From positions 13,491 to 77,490 of the forward strand of contig CAUZIB010000009.1 in NCBI GenBank assembly GCA_963579735.1: 64,000 bases of DNA. The letters are read 5' to 3'. This DNA comes from Vicinamibacteria bacterium (lineage in GTDB: Bacteria > Acidobacteriota > Vicinamibacteria > Vicinamibacterales > UBA8438). Shown one piece after another: positions 1-9,641 of the stretch (its first letter is position 1; each line of letters begins with the position of its first letter). Under the pieces are notes generated by a model. That model had not been told where the DNA came from. It was given only the letters and a program-made list of their open reading frames with translations, and did not search any database. Position numbers and translations under genes: made by a program.

Positions 1-216
1 ACTCGGCACGACATCTCCCGACGCAAACGCGGCATGTATGACGCGTTCGTGGCCAAAGACATCGATAACGATGGCGATATCGACTTCTTTGGCACCCGTG
101 GCAATAGCGCGCCCTACGACGGCGTGTACTGGCTCGAACAAGTGCGCTCGACGACACCCCGTCCGGCGTTTGAGAGGGCCCGCGACGAGGACAGCCCGGA
201 GATGCCTCTTCCGTAG
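1..216 (+). CDS. C-terminal end of an FG-GAP/VCBS-repeat protein (5' end lies outside the window)
   Basis: Frame open from base 1. DIDNDGDIDFFGTRGN is a typical FG-GAP Ca-binding repeat. Stop codon at 214-216. Confidence 0.5.
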   Translation, partial: TRHDISRRKRGMYDAFVAKDIDNDGDIDFFGTRGNSAPYDGVYWLEQVRSTTPRPAFERARDEDSPEMPLP

Positions 217-248
217 GCGCATCGTTCGGCGTCACGCAGGCAGGGAAC

Positions 249-512
249 CATGAAACGAAGAGGATTCCGTCGGGTAAAGACCCAGAGGACCAGCGGCAAC
301 GTCACGAGGGCATGGATGGCAAGCCCCGCCAGCACCGTGGAAAAGTAGGCGCCCGTCTGTCTCAGGACCATCATCGTCAGCAACCGCAGAAAAATCTCGC
401 CGCCGACCTCAAAGGCGATCGCGAGCTCTGGCCGCACGAAGGCCAACCCGACAGCGGCCACGATGGCGACGAGGATGAATAGCGTGAGGTTTCCAGCCGA
501 CTTTGTTGACAT
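249..512 (-). pseudogene. Remnant of a dicarboxylate/amino acid:cation symporter (DAACS, GltP/DctA family)
   Basis: The first ~48 aa (LTLFILVAIVAAVGLAFVRPELAIAFEVGGEIFLRLLTMMV) match the DAACS N-terminus. The sequence then jumps directly to a mid-protein segment (AYFSTVLAGLAIHALVTLPLVLWVFTRRNPLRFM) and runs into the converging gene. About 300 aa of a normal transporter are missing. Confidence 0.45.
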
Positions 513-767
513 GGTCGCGTCAGAACCCTTTCCACCGCAATACCGTCCGACTCACAGCCGCCGCCGTCCTGGCCCACCGCGCGGGTTCGCGTCGACACGA
601 CGGTGGGCTGATGGGTGTGTCATGATCGGGCGAGTTTGCAAACATCGCCGTCGTCGTCAGGAGACCATAGGACCTTACGTCACCTTCCTCACGACGGCAA
701 AAAGACTCACGCGACGGGAATTCCCGTTATCGAACGAGTGCCCCGTCGCCGAGGAGGGAGAAACCCG

Positions 768-1772
768 ATGCGTGTCGCGTCTCCAGCAGTCGCCCTGGTA
801 AGTATGTTCGTCGCCCTGCTCTTGCCGGGCGGCGCCGGTGCCACGTCCCCCGCCCCGGGCGCCACGGCACAGAACACCACCGATACGGCCCGCGTCACAA
901 TCCTGTCTTCAAACCTCGCGAACGGGTCGACAGTTGGGGAGTGGGGTCTTTCTGCCTTCGTTGAGGTGGACGGACAGTGTGTCCTCTTTGACGCGGGCCG
1001 ACATCCAGACACCGTGATCCGCAACGCGGATGCCCTGGATGTCGACTTGTCGTGCGTCACGGATGTGGTGCTCAGCCACTATCACTTTGACCACACGACA
1101 GGCCTGCTCCCTTTGCTAAGGACGCTCCGCACCGAGAATCCGGACGCGATCCGGCGTGTCCATGTCGCTCGCGGGTTCTTTCTGCCCCGCCGCGTGCTCG
1201 GGGCGACGTCGCCCGCCGAGCGAAACCAGATGATTGCGGTGAAAGAGACATTGGAAGCCGCCGGGGTAGAAATCATCGAGCACGCCGAACCTGCGGAGAT
1301 CGCGCCAGCCGTCTGGGTCAGTGGCCCGGTCGAACGTGCCCACGCCGAAAAGAACTACTCGAACACGGTCGAGGTGCTCATCGACGACGCGTGGGTCGAA
1401 GACTATGTTCCGGAGAGTCAAGCCCTCACGGTCGTGACGTCGCGTGGGCACATTGTGCTGCTCGGCTGCGGACACGCCGGCGTGGTGAATGTGTTGGAAC
1501 ATATTCGCGCCACTATTGAGGACCGACCGGTCCATGCCCTGATGGGCGGTCTGCACCTGTTTGCCGCAAACGACGAAACCCTCGGTTGGACCGGTGACCA
1601 GCTCCGGCGAATAGGGGTCGAACACCTCATGGCGGGACACTGCACCGGGATCGAGCCGCTCATCCGGTTGCGAGCCGGTCTCAACCTGACGCGTCGCACA
1701 GCGGTCGTCGGCGCCGTGGGGTCCCAGTTTGTCTATGGCGAGGGTATCCGTCCGACACGAATCGCCCAGTAG
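768..1772 (+). CDS. Secreted MBL-fold metallo-hydrolase
   Basis: HYHFDHTTG (HxHxDH) motif. ATG at 768 is preceded by GAGGAGGGAG. N-terminal signal-like peptide [25 protein letters not shown]. Confidence 0.8.
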   Translation: MRVASPAVALVSMFVALLLPGGAGATSPAPGATAQNTTDTARVTILSSNLANGSTVGEWGLSAFVEVDGQCVLFDAGRHPDTVIRNADALDVDLSCVTDVVLSHYHFDHTTGLLPLLRTLRTENPDAIRRVHVARGFFLPRRVLGATSPAERNQMIAVKETLEAAGVEIIEHAEPAEIAPAVWVSGPVERAHAEKNYSNTVEVLIDDAWVEDYVPESQALTVVTSRGHIVLLGCGHAGVVNVLEHIRATIEDRPVHALMGGLHLFAANDETLGWTGDQLRRIGVEHLMAGHCTGIEPLIRLRAGLNLTRRTAVVGAVGSQFVYGEGIRPTRIAQ

Positions 1773-1800
1773 TCGGCTCGCCCCGTACACTGTGACCTCG

Positions 1801-3126
1801 ATGAGCTATCGCGCCTATTTCCGTTGTATCGCAGGGTGCCCGGGCGAGCACTCGCTGCTCGACCCGTTGTATCGGTGCCCAACTTGCGACAACCTCCTCG
1901 AGGTCGCGCACGACCTCGACGCACTCCACAGCAAAGCGCCTGGCGCCTGGATGCGCCTGTTTGACGAACGGTACAAACGCACGACCTGGCCGTATGGCTC
2001 TTCTGTCTGGGGCAAAAAGGAATGGGTCTGCCCCACCGTCAGCGACGAGAACATCGTCTCGATGGATGAGGGTGGCACCAATCTGTTTTGGGCGGATCGA
2101 TTTGGCCGGGAACTCGGACTCCCAGAGCTCTGGGTCAAATTGTGCGGAAACTCGCACACCGGGTCTTTCAAGGACCTCGGCATGACGGTGTTGGTCTCGG
2201 TGGTAAAACAGATAATGGCGGAAGGCCGGACGATCCGAGCGGTGGCCTGTGCCTCCACCGGCGATACCTCGGCGTCGCTCGCGGCCTATGCCGCGGCGGG
2301 AGGAATCCCGGCCATCGTGATTCTTCCCCGAGGCAAGGTCTCCACCGCCCAGCTCGTGCAGCCGTTGGCAAACGGCGCGCGCGTCCTGGCGCTTGATACC
2401 GACTTTGACGGCTGTATGACCATTGTCAAACGATTGGCCACAGAGGATGGCGTATATCTCGCCAACTCCATGAACAGCCTCCGATTGGAGGGTCAAAAGA
2501 CCGTCGCTATCGAGATCGTCCAGCAGTTCGACTGGGATGTCCCGGATGTCGTGGTGATTCCCGGTGGCAACCTCGGCAATGTCAGCGCGCTCGGCGCCGG
2601 TTTCGACATCATGCACGATCTTGGACTGATTGCGCGCCGGCCCCGCATCGTCGTGGCACAGGCGGCGTCAGCCAACCCGCTGTATCTGGCCTATCAGAAC
2701 GACTGGGATTTTCACCCCGTCACCGCGCAGCCCACGCAAGCCTCCGCGATCCAGATTGGAAACCCGGTGTCGATCCGAAAAGCGATCCGCACCTTGAAGC
2801 GCTACCGCGGTATCGTCGAACAGGCGAGCGAAGCCGAACTCGCAGACGCCACCGATCGGGCCGACCGAACTGGCATGTTCAATTGCCCCCACACGGGGGT
2901 CGCTCTCGCCGTCCTCGTCAAGATTCGAGCGCGCGGTTTGGTCGACCCCTCCGAACGCGTCGTTGTCATCTCGACCGCGAGCGGGCTGAAATTCACGGAC
3001 TTCAAGCTCGGATATCACGAGAATCGTCTGCCCGGGGTGACGGCCCGACGGCCGAACCGTCCCGTCGAGCTACCAAATGATTACGACTCGGTACGAGCGG
3101 CGGTATCCGAGGTCGTCGAGAGCTAG
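1801..3126 (+). CDS. thrC: Threonine synthase
   Basis: N-terminal Cys-rich zinc-ribbon-like motif (CPGEH...CPTC). PLP-lysine motif GSFKDLGMT. Length fits the long ThrC class. ATG at 1801 follows the upstream stop. Confidence 0.9.
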   Translation: MSYRAYFRCIAGCPGEHSLLDPLYRCPTCDNLLEVAHDLDALHSKAPGAWMRLFDERYKRTTWPYGSSVWGKKEWVCPTVSDENIVSMDEGGTNLFWADRFGRELGLPELWVKLCGNSHTGSFKDLGMTVLVSVVKQIMAEGRTIRAVACASTGDTSASLAAYAAAGGIPAIVILPRGKVSTAQLVQPLANGARVLALDTDFDGCMTIVKRLATEDGVYLANSMNSLRLEGQKTVAIEIVQQFDWDVPDVVVIPGGNLGNVSALGAGFDIMHDLGLIARRPRIVVAQAASANPLYLAYQNDWDFHPVTAQPTQASAIQIGNPVSIRKAIRTLKRYRGIVEQASEAELADATDRADRTGMFNCPHTGVALAVLVKIRARGLVDPSERVVVISTASGLKFTDFKLGYHENRLPGVTARRPNRPVELPNDYDSVRAAVSEVVES

Positions 3127-3205
3127 TGGACGGTCGCGAGTCTTTGCCCTCTGGCGGCGGGATGGGTCGGCAGCCACTGGGGAGCCACGTGCTATCATTC
3201 GAGCG

Positions 3206-3574
3206 ATGGCAGTTCCGAGGATAAGTAAAGAGGATCTCAGCGCAAAACTCGAAGGCGACACGCCACCCGTGCTCATTGACGTGCGGCTCAAGTATCCCTA
3301 CGAACACAGCACCGTCTCGCTCCCCGGGTCCGTTCGTCTCGAACCACCCGACTTCGATGTCTCATCCGTGCCTCACGACCGAGAAGTCGTCGTCTATGAC
3401 TCAGACCCCGAGGAAATCATCAGCAGTCGGGTGACGGCGCAGCTGATACGCGCGGGATGTCAGGCTTCGGCGTTGGCCGGAGGCATAGCCGATTGGGTGA
3501 CCGCCAAGCTTCCGACCGAAGCCAAAGAGGCCCCCAAGCAAAAGCCGCCGGTGGCTGGTGCCCTGAAGGGGTGA
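3206..3574 (+). CDS. Single-domain rhodanese-like protein, apparently lacking the catalytic Cys
   Basis: Rhodanese fold signature (PVLIDVR...YEHS...VVVYD...GGIADW). Asp sits where the active-site Cys normally follows the VVVY strand. Confidence 0.7.
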   Translation: MAVPRISKEDLSAKLEGDTPPVLIDVRLKYPYEHSTVSLPGSVRLEPPDFDVSSVPHDREVVVYDSDPEEIISSRVTAQLIRAGCQASALAGGIADWVTAKLPTEAKEAPKQKPPVAGALKG

Positions 3575-4260
3575 GACTCCTCGCAGCCTGTCTGGTTCTG
3601 CTGGTCTTCCCCACGCACGCCGGCTCCCACCCTCCGCCGTCTACCGCCCAATCGCCGACGCGCCCCGCTATCGAGGCGCTCGTGCGGGATCTGCAAGCCA
3701 ATTATGACGCGGTCACAGACTTCACTGCGAGCTTTGAGCACGAGTACCAGGGCGGGCTGATTCGAACATCCATCGTCGAGCACGGAACCGTTGTGATCAA
3801 GAAGCCGGGCAAAATGCTCTGGCGTTACACCTCAGCCGAAGACAAGCTCTACGTCTCGGATGGCTCGACCTTCTACGCGTATTTTCCCTTTGATCGACAG
3901 GTCATCGCGACCCCGGTCCCTTCTGGCGACCAGGCGTCGATGCCGGTACTTTTTTTGGCGGGCAGCGGAAATCTGCTCGAGGACTTTTCGGCGGCATACG
4001 ACGAGGGACCAACGGACCCAGGCACGTGGGCCATCCGTTTGACTCCCACCCGACCCGAAGCCGACTACGAGTGGCTAGTCCTACGGGTTGACCAGACCAC
4101 GCTTACGTTGGCGGGTCTCTCGACGATCGACGGCCAAGGCGGGCGGTCGACGTATCGGTTTACCGACCTCGTCGAGAACCAGAATCCACCGGATAGCGTA
4201 TTCGTGTTCGAGATTCCAGACGGCGTCGACGTCATGGCCGACGATGGCGCGATCCGGTAG
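3571..4260 (+). CDS. lolA: LolA-like outer-membrane lipoprotein carrier protein
   Basis: LolA-type motifs (FTASFEHEY...GTVVIKKPGKMLWRY...LYVSDGSTFYAY). GTG at 3571 overlaps the rhodanese stop (GTGA). A signal peptide follows. Confidence 0.7.
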   Translation: MRLLAACLVLLVFPTHAGSHPPPSTAQSPTRPAIEALVRDLQANYDAVTDFTASFEHEYQGGLIRTSIVEHGTVVIKKPGKMLWRYTSAEDKLYVSDGSTFYAYFPFDRQVIATPVPSGDQASMPVLFLAGSGNLLEDFSAAYDEGPTDPGTWAIRLTPTRPEADYEWLVLRVDQTTLTLAGLSTIDGQGGRSTYRFTDLVENQNPPDSVFVFEIPDGVDVMADDGAIR

Positions 4261-4286
4261 CCGCTGAGCCGGTCTCGCGTTCTTTT

Positions 4287-5564
4287 TCAGCTACCCTCGA
4301 TCGAGACCTGAGCACCCAGCCGACGGAGCCGGGCGACAACATGGGCATATCCGCGCTCGACGGTTTCCAGGGGTCCGACGCGGCTTGTGCCGTGGGCCGC
4401 GAGCGCAGCGGCAATTAGGGCCATCCCGGAACGTAAGTCGCGGGTGTCGAGATGACGTCCCCGAAGTGACTGTGGCCCGTTCACGATCATCCGGTGCGGG
4501 TCGCACAAGAACAAATCGGCGCCCATCCCGCTGAGCTGCTCGAGGGCAAACAAACGCAACTCATACATCCAGTCGTGAATGAGCGTGCGTCCGGTCGCCT
4601 GGGTGGCCAGCACACTCACGAGACTGACCATGTCGCTGGGAAAGCCGGGCCAGGGTGCGGTCGTAATTTGTCGGATACCCGTGAGACGTGACGGACGCAC
4701 CAGCAGGCGTCCATGTTCAAAACCGCAATCGACGCGCATCCGCGTCAAGATCGCCAGTATCGGCTCGAGGTCTTCCTCTTCGACCCCACCAATCGTGATA
4801 TCGCCACTCGTGACCGCGGTCATCACCGCCCAGCTACCGGCTTCGATATAGTCGCCGCGGAGGCGATGGGTCGCCCCACTGAGCCGCGAGTTCCCGTGAA
4901 TTCGAATTGTCGACGTGCCAGCTCCTGAGACCGCGGCGCCCATAGCCTCGAGAAAACGGCACAGCTCGACGACGTGTGGCTCGCATGCCGCGTGTCGCAA
5001 TTCGGTCGGCCCTTCAGCGGCAGCAGCAGCGAGCAAGGCGGTCTCGGTCCCGGTCACGGACGCTTCTTCCAGATAGAACGAGGCCGATTTGAGTCCGTCC
5101 GGCGCGGTGATCTCATGAGCGTCTTCACCGGGGTCGCCGGCGTTCTCGAACGCCCCCATCTGTCGCAAGGCATCAAGGTGAGAGGTCAGCGTGCGACGTC
5201 CCGGAAAGTCACCCCCCGGGGGCGGAAGACGCACTGACCCCGTCCGCGCCAACAATGGGCCCACCAGCAGCACGGAACCGCGTAGACGCCCCACGAGTCG
5301 AGCATCTGGCTCCGTGCCACTCACCTCGGCACATCGAACGGTCACGGTGGTGCTGCCCGCACCCGTGACCTCCGCCCCGAGGCTTTCGAGCAGTTCGATC
5401 ATGACCCCGACGTCTCGAATGCGGGGCACGTTGGTCAACTCACACACTTCATCCGTCAAGAGGCAGGCCGCCAGCATAGGCAGCGCGGCATTCTTGTTGC
5501 CTTCGACGTCAATCCGGCCGCGCAGTACGTGACCGCCCTCGACGAGCAACGTTCGCGACTCGAC
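4287..5564 (-). CDS. murA: UDP-N-acetylglucosamine 1-carboxyvinyltransferase
   Basis: GNKNAALPMLAACLL, the LPPPGGD loop and C-terminal IDRGYxxxxxxLxxLGA-like motifs. The start is uncertain: GTG at 5564 is chosen so the gene begins after the murB stop, but the ORF extends to 5675. Confidence 0.9.
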   Translation of the reverse strand, partial: VESRTLLVEGGHVLRGRIDVEGNKNAALPMLAACLLTDEVCELTNVPRIRDVGVMIELLESLGAEVTGAGSTTVTVRCAEVSGTEPDARLVGRLRGSVLLVGPLLARTGSVRLPPPGGDFPGRRTLTSHLDALRQMGAFENAGDPGEDAHEITAPDGLKSASFYLEEASVTGTETALLAAAAAEGPTELRHAACEPHVVELCRFLEAMGAAVSGAGTSTIRIHGNSRLSGATHRLRGDYIEAGSWAVMTAVTSGDITIGGVEEEDLEPILAILTRMRVDCGFEHGRLLVRPSRLTGIRQITTAPWPGFPSDMVSLVSVLATQATGRTLIHDWMYELRLFALEQLSGMGADLFLCDPHRMIVNGPQSLRGRHLDTRDLRSGMALIAAALAAHGTSRVGPLETVERGYAHVVARLRRLGAQVSIEGS

Positions 5565-5602
5565 GTCACCGCCGCTCGACGCTGGCGAGCCTGATTGCTG
5601 TG

Positions 5603-6544
5603 TCAAAACTCCCCCAAATAAATAACTTCGTCGCAAAGCGTGATGTCGAAACGCTGTCGTACCGTGACGCGGCAATGCTCGATAAGCTCGCGTATGTCGT
5701 GCGCACTCGCCGCGCCATCACTCACGATGAAGTTTCCATGTATCGGCGAGACGGACGCACCACCGATAGCCACGCCTTTCAGACCCGCCCGCTCGATGAG
5801 GGCCCCGGCCGACGCAGGGAGACCATCTCGTAGCCCCTCGTGGTCAGCCGGCGGATTCTGAAAGACACACCCGGCGCTCGCATGGGTCAGAGGTTGGGTC
5901 TGTTTTCGATACACCAGCGAACCCCGAGCCGTCGCTCGTAGCGTCTCGGGGTCGCCTTCGGTCACCACGAATTCAGCCCAGAGCACTACCTCGTGGGTGA
6001 CCTGTAGTCGGCTCCGGTCATACCCAAACCGCATCTCGGAAGCGGTCACGACCGCCTCTCGACCGCGTCGGTCCACGAGCCCCACCGCGACAACCTGGGT
6101 TCCGATGAGGTGGCCGTCAAAATGTGCGTTGCCATGGATGGCCCCCCCGACGGTGCCCGGCGTTCCGGCCCACCGTTCCAGGCCAGCCAGACCGCGACCG
6201 ACGGTCCACCGGACCAGCCCGTTCAAGGACACGCCTCCCCCGGCTAGGACACAGCCTGGTCGGGAACGAGAGATGGTACCGTGTCGGAAGCGGATGACCA
6301 GGCCGCGAACGCCATTCTCAGCGACGAGCACATTCGAGCCACCGCCCAGAATCGTAACCGGGAGCTGCAGGTCGTCGGCGGTTGTAAGGGCCAGGAGCAC
6401 CTCCTCACGATCGGACGTTTCCAGATACCACTCCGCGGGACCGCCCGTCCGAAACGTCGTGAGAGACGACAAACTCACCTGGGCTCCGAGGCGACCTGGC
6501 CCCAGGGCTTCACAAAACGCGGCCTCGACCGCCCGTGTCATCAC
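5603..6544 (-). CDS. murB: UDP-N-acetylenolpyruvoylglucosamine reductase
   Basis: TFRTGGPAEW and LGGGSNVLV FAD-binding motifs. 4-nt overlap with pxpC. Confidence 0.9.
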   Translation of the reverse strand: MMTRAVEAAFCEALGPGRLGAQVSLSSLTTFRTGGPAEWYLETSDREEVLLALTTADDLQLPVTILGGGSNVLVAENGVRGLVIRFRHGTISRSRPGCVLAGGGVSLNGLVRWTVGRGLAGLERWAGTPGTVGGAIHGNAHFDGHLIGTQVVAVGLVDRRGREAVVTASEMRFGYDRSRLQVTHEVVLWAEFVVTEGDPETLRATARGSLVYRKQTQPLTHASAGCVFQNPPADHEGLRDGLPASAGALIERAGLKGVAIGGASVSPIHGNFIVSDGAASAHDIRELIEHCRVTVRQRFDITLCDEVIYLGEF

Positions 6545-7470
6545 GGCAGCAGACGTCGCTCCTGCGCGATATGCGCCGTCAAAGCGTCCGCCTCGGTGCA
6601 GGCCTCGAACTCAACCCAGTCGGACGGGGTCAATTGCGCGGCAAGCGGAACATCAGCCGTGATGACCGTGGCCACCCGGGGATACCCGCCAGAGGTTTGA
6701 TGGTCGGCCATCAAGAGAATCGGCTGCCCATCGCCGGGTATCTGCACTGAACCTACCGGAACCGCGGTAGAGATGCGCGCCAGAGACGGAGAGATCTCCA
6801 ACGGTGGTCCTTCCAAACGATACCCCATTCGATTCGAACGGGGTGAGATGACAAACCGGCTGGTGAAAAACCTCTCCAGCTGACGGGCGTCAAAGGCGTC
6901 GCGATCGGGTCCCGGAATCGCACGCAGGGTCGCCCCGCCGCGCGGAAGGCGAAAAATAGGTCGGCGGCGGCTGGGCACGATCGAAAGGTCTTTACCAGTT
7001 CGCCCGACCGGCAATCTGTCGCCGGCCTCCAAAGCACGGCCGCGCAGGCCTCCGGTGCCGCTCGCGATATGGGTGGACCGACTCCCGAGTACGACAGGCG
7101 TTTCAAATCCTCCGGCCACCGCCAGGTAGGCGCGTCGGCCCTGGCGACATCGACCAAACGACAACGTCTGGTCGGCACCGACTGGCACGCTCTGGCGTGT
7201 ATTGACGCGTATTCCGTCAAGCCACACATCGAACCGCGCGCCGGCGACCGCCACCACGCCGGCCCCGTCGAAGCGTATCGTTGGCCCCGTCACCGTCACT
7301 TCGAGCGTCGCGGCATTGGAATGGTTACCGACCAGAAGATTTGCTAGGCGATGAGACGGGAGGTCCATCGCGCCCGCCACCGCCACGCCGAACCGCTGAT
7401 ATCCCCATCTGCCCGTATCCTGGACTGTCGTGAGCAAACCCGGACTGAGAACGACGACGCTGCGCATCAC
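6541..7470 (-). CDS. pxpC: 5-oxoprolinase subunit C / biotin-dependent carboxyltransferase family (allophanate hydrolase subunit 2, KipA-like)
   Basis: N-terminal LLTTVQDTGRWGYQRFGVAVAGAMD and C-terminal SGGYPRVATVI motifs. Confidence 0.85.
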   Translation of the reverse strand: MMRSVVVLSPGLLTTVQDTGRWGYQRFGVAVAGAMDLPSHRLANLLVGNHSNAATLEVTVTGPTIRFDGAGVVAVAGARFDVWLDGIRVNTRQSVPVGADQTLSFGRCRQGRRAYLAVAGGFETPVVLGSRSTHIASGTGGLRGRALEAGDRLPVGRTGKDLSIVPSRRRPIFRLPRGGATLRAIPGPDRDAFDARQLERFFTSRFVISPRSNRMGYRLEGPPLEISPSLARISTAVPVGSVQIPGDGQPILLMADHQTSGGYPRVATVITADVPLAAQLTPSDWVEFEACTEADALTAHIAQERRLLP

Positions 7471-8243
7471 CCGTGATGTTCGCCGCCCCGCTCAGCCGTC
7501 TCCAAGGCGTCGAACCGGGCGGCATCGATCGGCTCAAAGCGGACCCGGTCTCCGGCCTGAAACAAAAACGCCTCCGCCCGGGCCGGCGAGAACGGTCGGA
7601 GCGGAGTTCGTCCGATCAGCTGCCATCCGCCCGGTGCCGCCATCGGGTAGATTCCGGTTTGTCTCCCCGCGACACCAACCGACCCAGCCGGCACGTGCAG
7701 CCGGGGGGTGCGACGTCGGTCTACCGCGAGCTCAGCGCTCAGCGACCCCATGTAGGCGAATCCGGGGAGGAATCCCAACATGTACACGCGATACGTTACG
7801 GCGACATGACGGCGAACAACCTCGTCCGGAGTCAGCCCGACCAGAACGGCGACCTCATCCAAATCGGCGCCATATCCGTCACCGTAGCAAACGGGGACAG
7901 TATGCAGACGTGGAGGGCGATCCCCGAGCCGATGACTCGCCACAGCTGGCCCCCGCGGAGACTCGTCCACGGCGGGTGTCTCCCGCGCGGTGCAGACCCG
8001 CGCGATCGAGCGCTCGAAACTCTCCGCCACCGCCTGCACATTCGTGCGAAGCGGATCGAAGTGCGCCGTCACCGCACAATAACTTTCCACGACGTCACGC
8101 ACCCCAATATACCGCTCGTCGCGCATCGACGCCGCGACCTGCAGCACGGCATCATTGACCAGAGGGTCGATCCGTTGCTCGAACGATGCGACAAGCGTCG
8201 CGTCCCCGACGCGCGACAGCACCCATGTGTTCACTCCCTTCAT
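7467..8243 (-). CDS. pxpB: 5-oxoprolinase subunit B (allophanate hydrolase subunit 1, KipI-like)
   Basis: GFLPGFAYMG and AGRQTGIYP motifs. Overlaps pxpC by 4 nt and abuts the mpl stop. Confidence 0.85.
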   Translation of the reverse strand: MKGVNTWVLSRVGDATLVASFEQRIDPLVNDAVLQVAASMRDERYIGVRDVVESYCAVTAHFDPLRTNVQAVAESFERSIARVCTARETPAVDESPRGPAVASHRLGDRPPRLHTVPVCYGDGYGADLDEVAVLVGLTPDEVVRRHVAVTYRVYMLGFLPGFAYMGSLSAELAVDRRRTPRLHVPAGSVGVAGRQTGIYPMAAPGGWQLIGRTPLRPFSPARAEAFLFQAGDRVRFEPIDAARFDALETAERGGEHHG

Positions 8244-9641
8244 TCAGACCGGGCGCTCCAGACTGGATAGCAGTTTCTCGTGGATACCCCCGAAACCGCC
8301 GTTTGACATCACGACGATCTGGTCGAGAGGAGTCGCCCGTCGCGCGACCGCGGAAACGATGTCGTCGACGGTCGGCAGGAACTGAGCGGAGACACCGACG
8401 GCGGTGAGATCTTCCACGAGCGTGGTCTCCGACAACCGGTCAGCCTTGGGTATCTCTTGCCGCGGGACGGCGGCGACCACCACCTCATCCGCGATCCGAA
8501 GAGACCGTGCAAAGTCAGACTGAAACACCCGACGACACGCCGTCGCGGACCGCGGCTCAAAGATCGCCCACAATCTCCCGCCACTCGCGCGCGCTCGGAG
8601 CGCTTCCAGGGTCTCGCGCACCGCCGTGGGATGATGCGCGAAATCGTCGTAGACGGTGATCCCGCGGACGACACCGCGTGTTTCCAGGCGGCGCTTCACG
8701 CCGGTAAACACTGCCAGCGCAGGAGCGGTGCGGACCGGTGGCGCCCCCAGCGCAGACGCGGCGGCAATCGCCCCGACGGCGTTTCGCACGTTGAAGCGCC
8801 CAATGAGCGGCATCGTCATCGCCGCTGTCCCGTCAGGCCCGGAGACCTCGAAGGCCGTGCCATCTATGGTCTCGACCAGATCCTGCGCCCGCCAATCCGC
8901 CGTATCGGCAAACCCGAATGTCTCCACGGGACAGAGTGCCTCATCGGCCAAGGCACGGGTCTCCACATCGTCGGCATTGACGAGGAGTCGACCGCTCCGC
9001 GGAATCGTCCGCACCAACCGGCGGAAGGCCAGACGAAGTTCATCAAGACCGCGATAGATGTCGGCGTGGTCAAACTCCAAGTTGTTGACAATGACGACTT
9101 CGGGCAGGTACTTGAGAAACTTTGCAGTCTTGTCAAAGAACGCGCTGTCGTACTCATCCCCCTCGATGACGAACATATCGTCGGAACCCAGGTGGCCACT
9201 CGTATCGAAGTCACGCGACATCCCGCCTATCAAGAACGACGGATCGCCGCCGGCACCACGCAGCATCCACGCAAGCATGAACGCGGCGGTGGTCTTGCCG
9301 TGGGTCCCGCTGACCACCGCGGTCCTCGCGCCCCACAGGAGCTCGTTGCGCACGACCTCTGGCAAAGACGCGTAGCGAAGTTTGCGGTCCAGGACGGCCT
9401 CGACCTCCGGGTTACCGCGTGACACGGCGTTCCCGATGACGACCAGATCGAGGTCGGGGCTGATGTGGTCCTCCTGATATCCCGACTGCAACGAAATGCC
9501 GTGTCGCTCCAGCAGATCACTCATCGGCGGGTACACATGCTGGTCAGAACCTCCGACGTTGAAACCACGCTGGCGGAGGAGTATGGCGAGCGTTGCCATC
9601 CCGGTACCGCAAATGCCAATGAAGTGCACGCGTTTCACCAC
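8244..9641 (-). CDS. mpl: UDP-N-acetylmuramate:L-alanyl-gamma-D-glutamyl-meso-diaminopimelate ligase
   Basis: VHFIGICGTGMATLA...GSDQHVYPPMS is Mpl-specific. Mur ligase P-loop GTHGKTT. GTG at 9641 (or 9638) overlaps the ldcA stop. Confidence 0.85.
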   Translation of the reverse strand: MVKRVHFIGICGTGMATLAILLRQRGFNVGGSDQHVYPPMSDLLERHGISLQSGYQEDHISPDLDLVVIGNAVSRGNPEVEAVLDRKLRYASLPEVVRNELLWGARTAVVSGTHGKTTAAFMLAWMLRGAGGDPSFLIGGMSRDFDTSGHLGSDDMFVIEGDEYDSAFFDKTAKFLKYLPEVVIVNNLEFDHADIYRGLDELRLAFRRLVRTIPRSGRLLVNADDVETRALADEALCPVETFGFADTADWRAQDLVETIDGTAFEVSGPDGTAAMTMPLIGRFNVRNAVGAIAAASALGAPPVRTAPALAVFTGVKRRLETRGVVRGITVYDDFAHHPTAVRETLEALRARASGGRLWAIFEPRSATACRRVFQSDFARSLRIADEVVVAAVPRQEIPKADRLSETTLVEDLTAVGVSAQFLPTVDDIVSAVARRATPLDQIVVMSNGGFGGIHEKLLSSLERPV

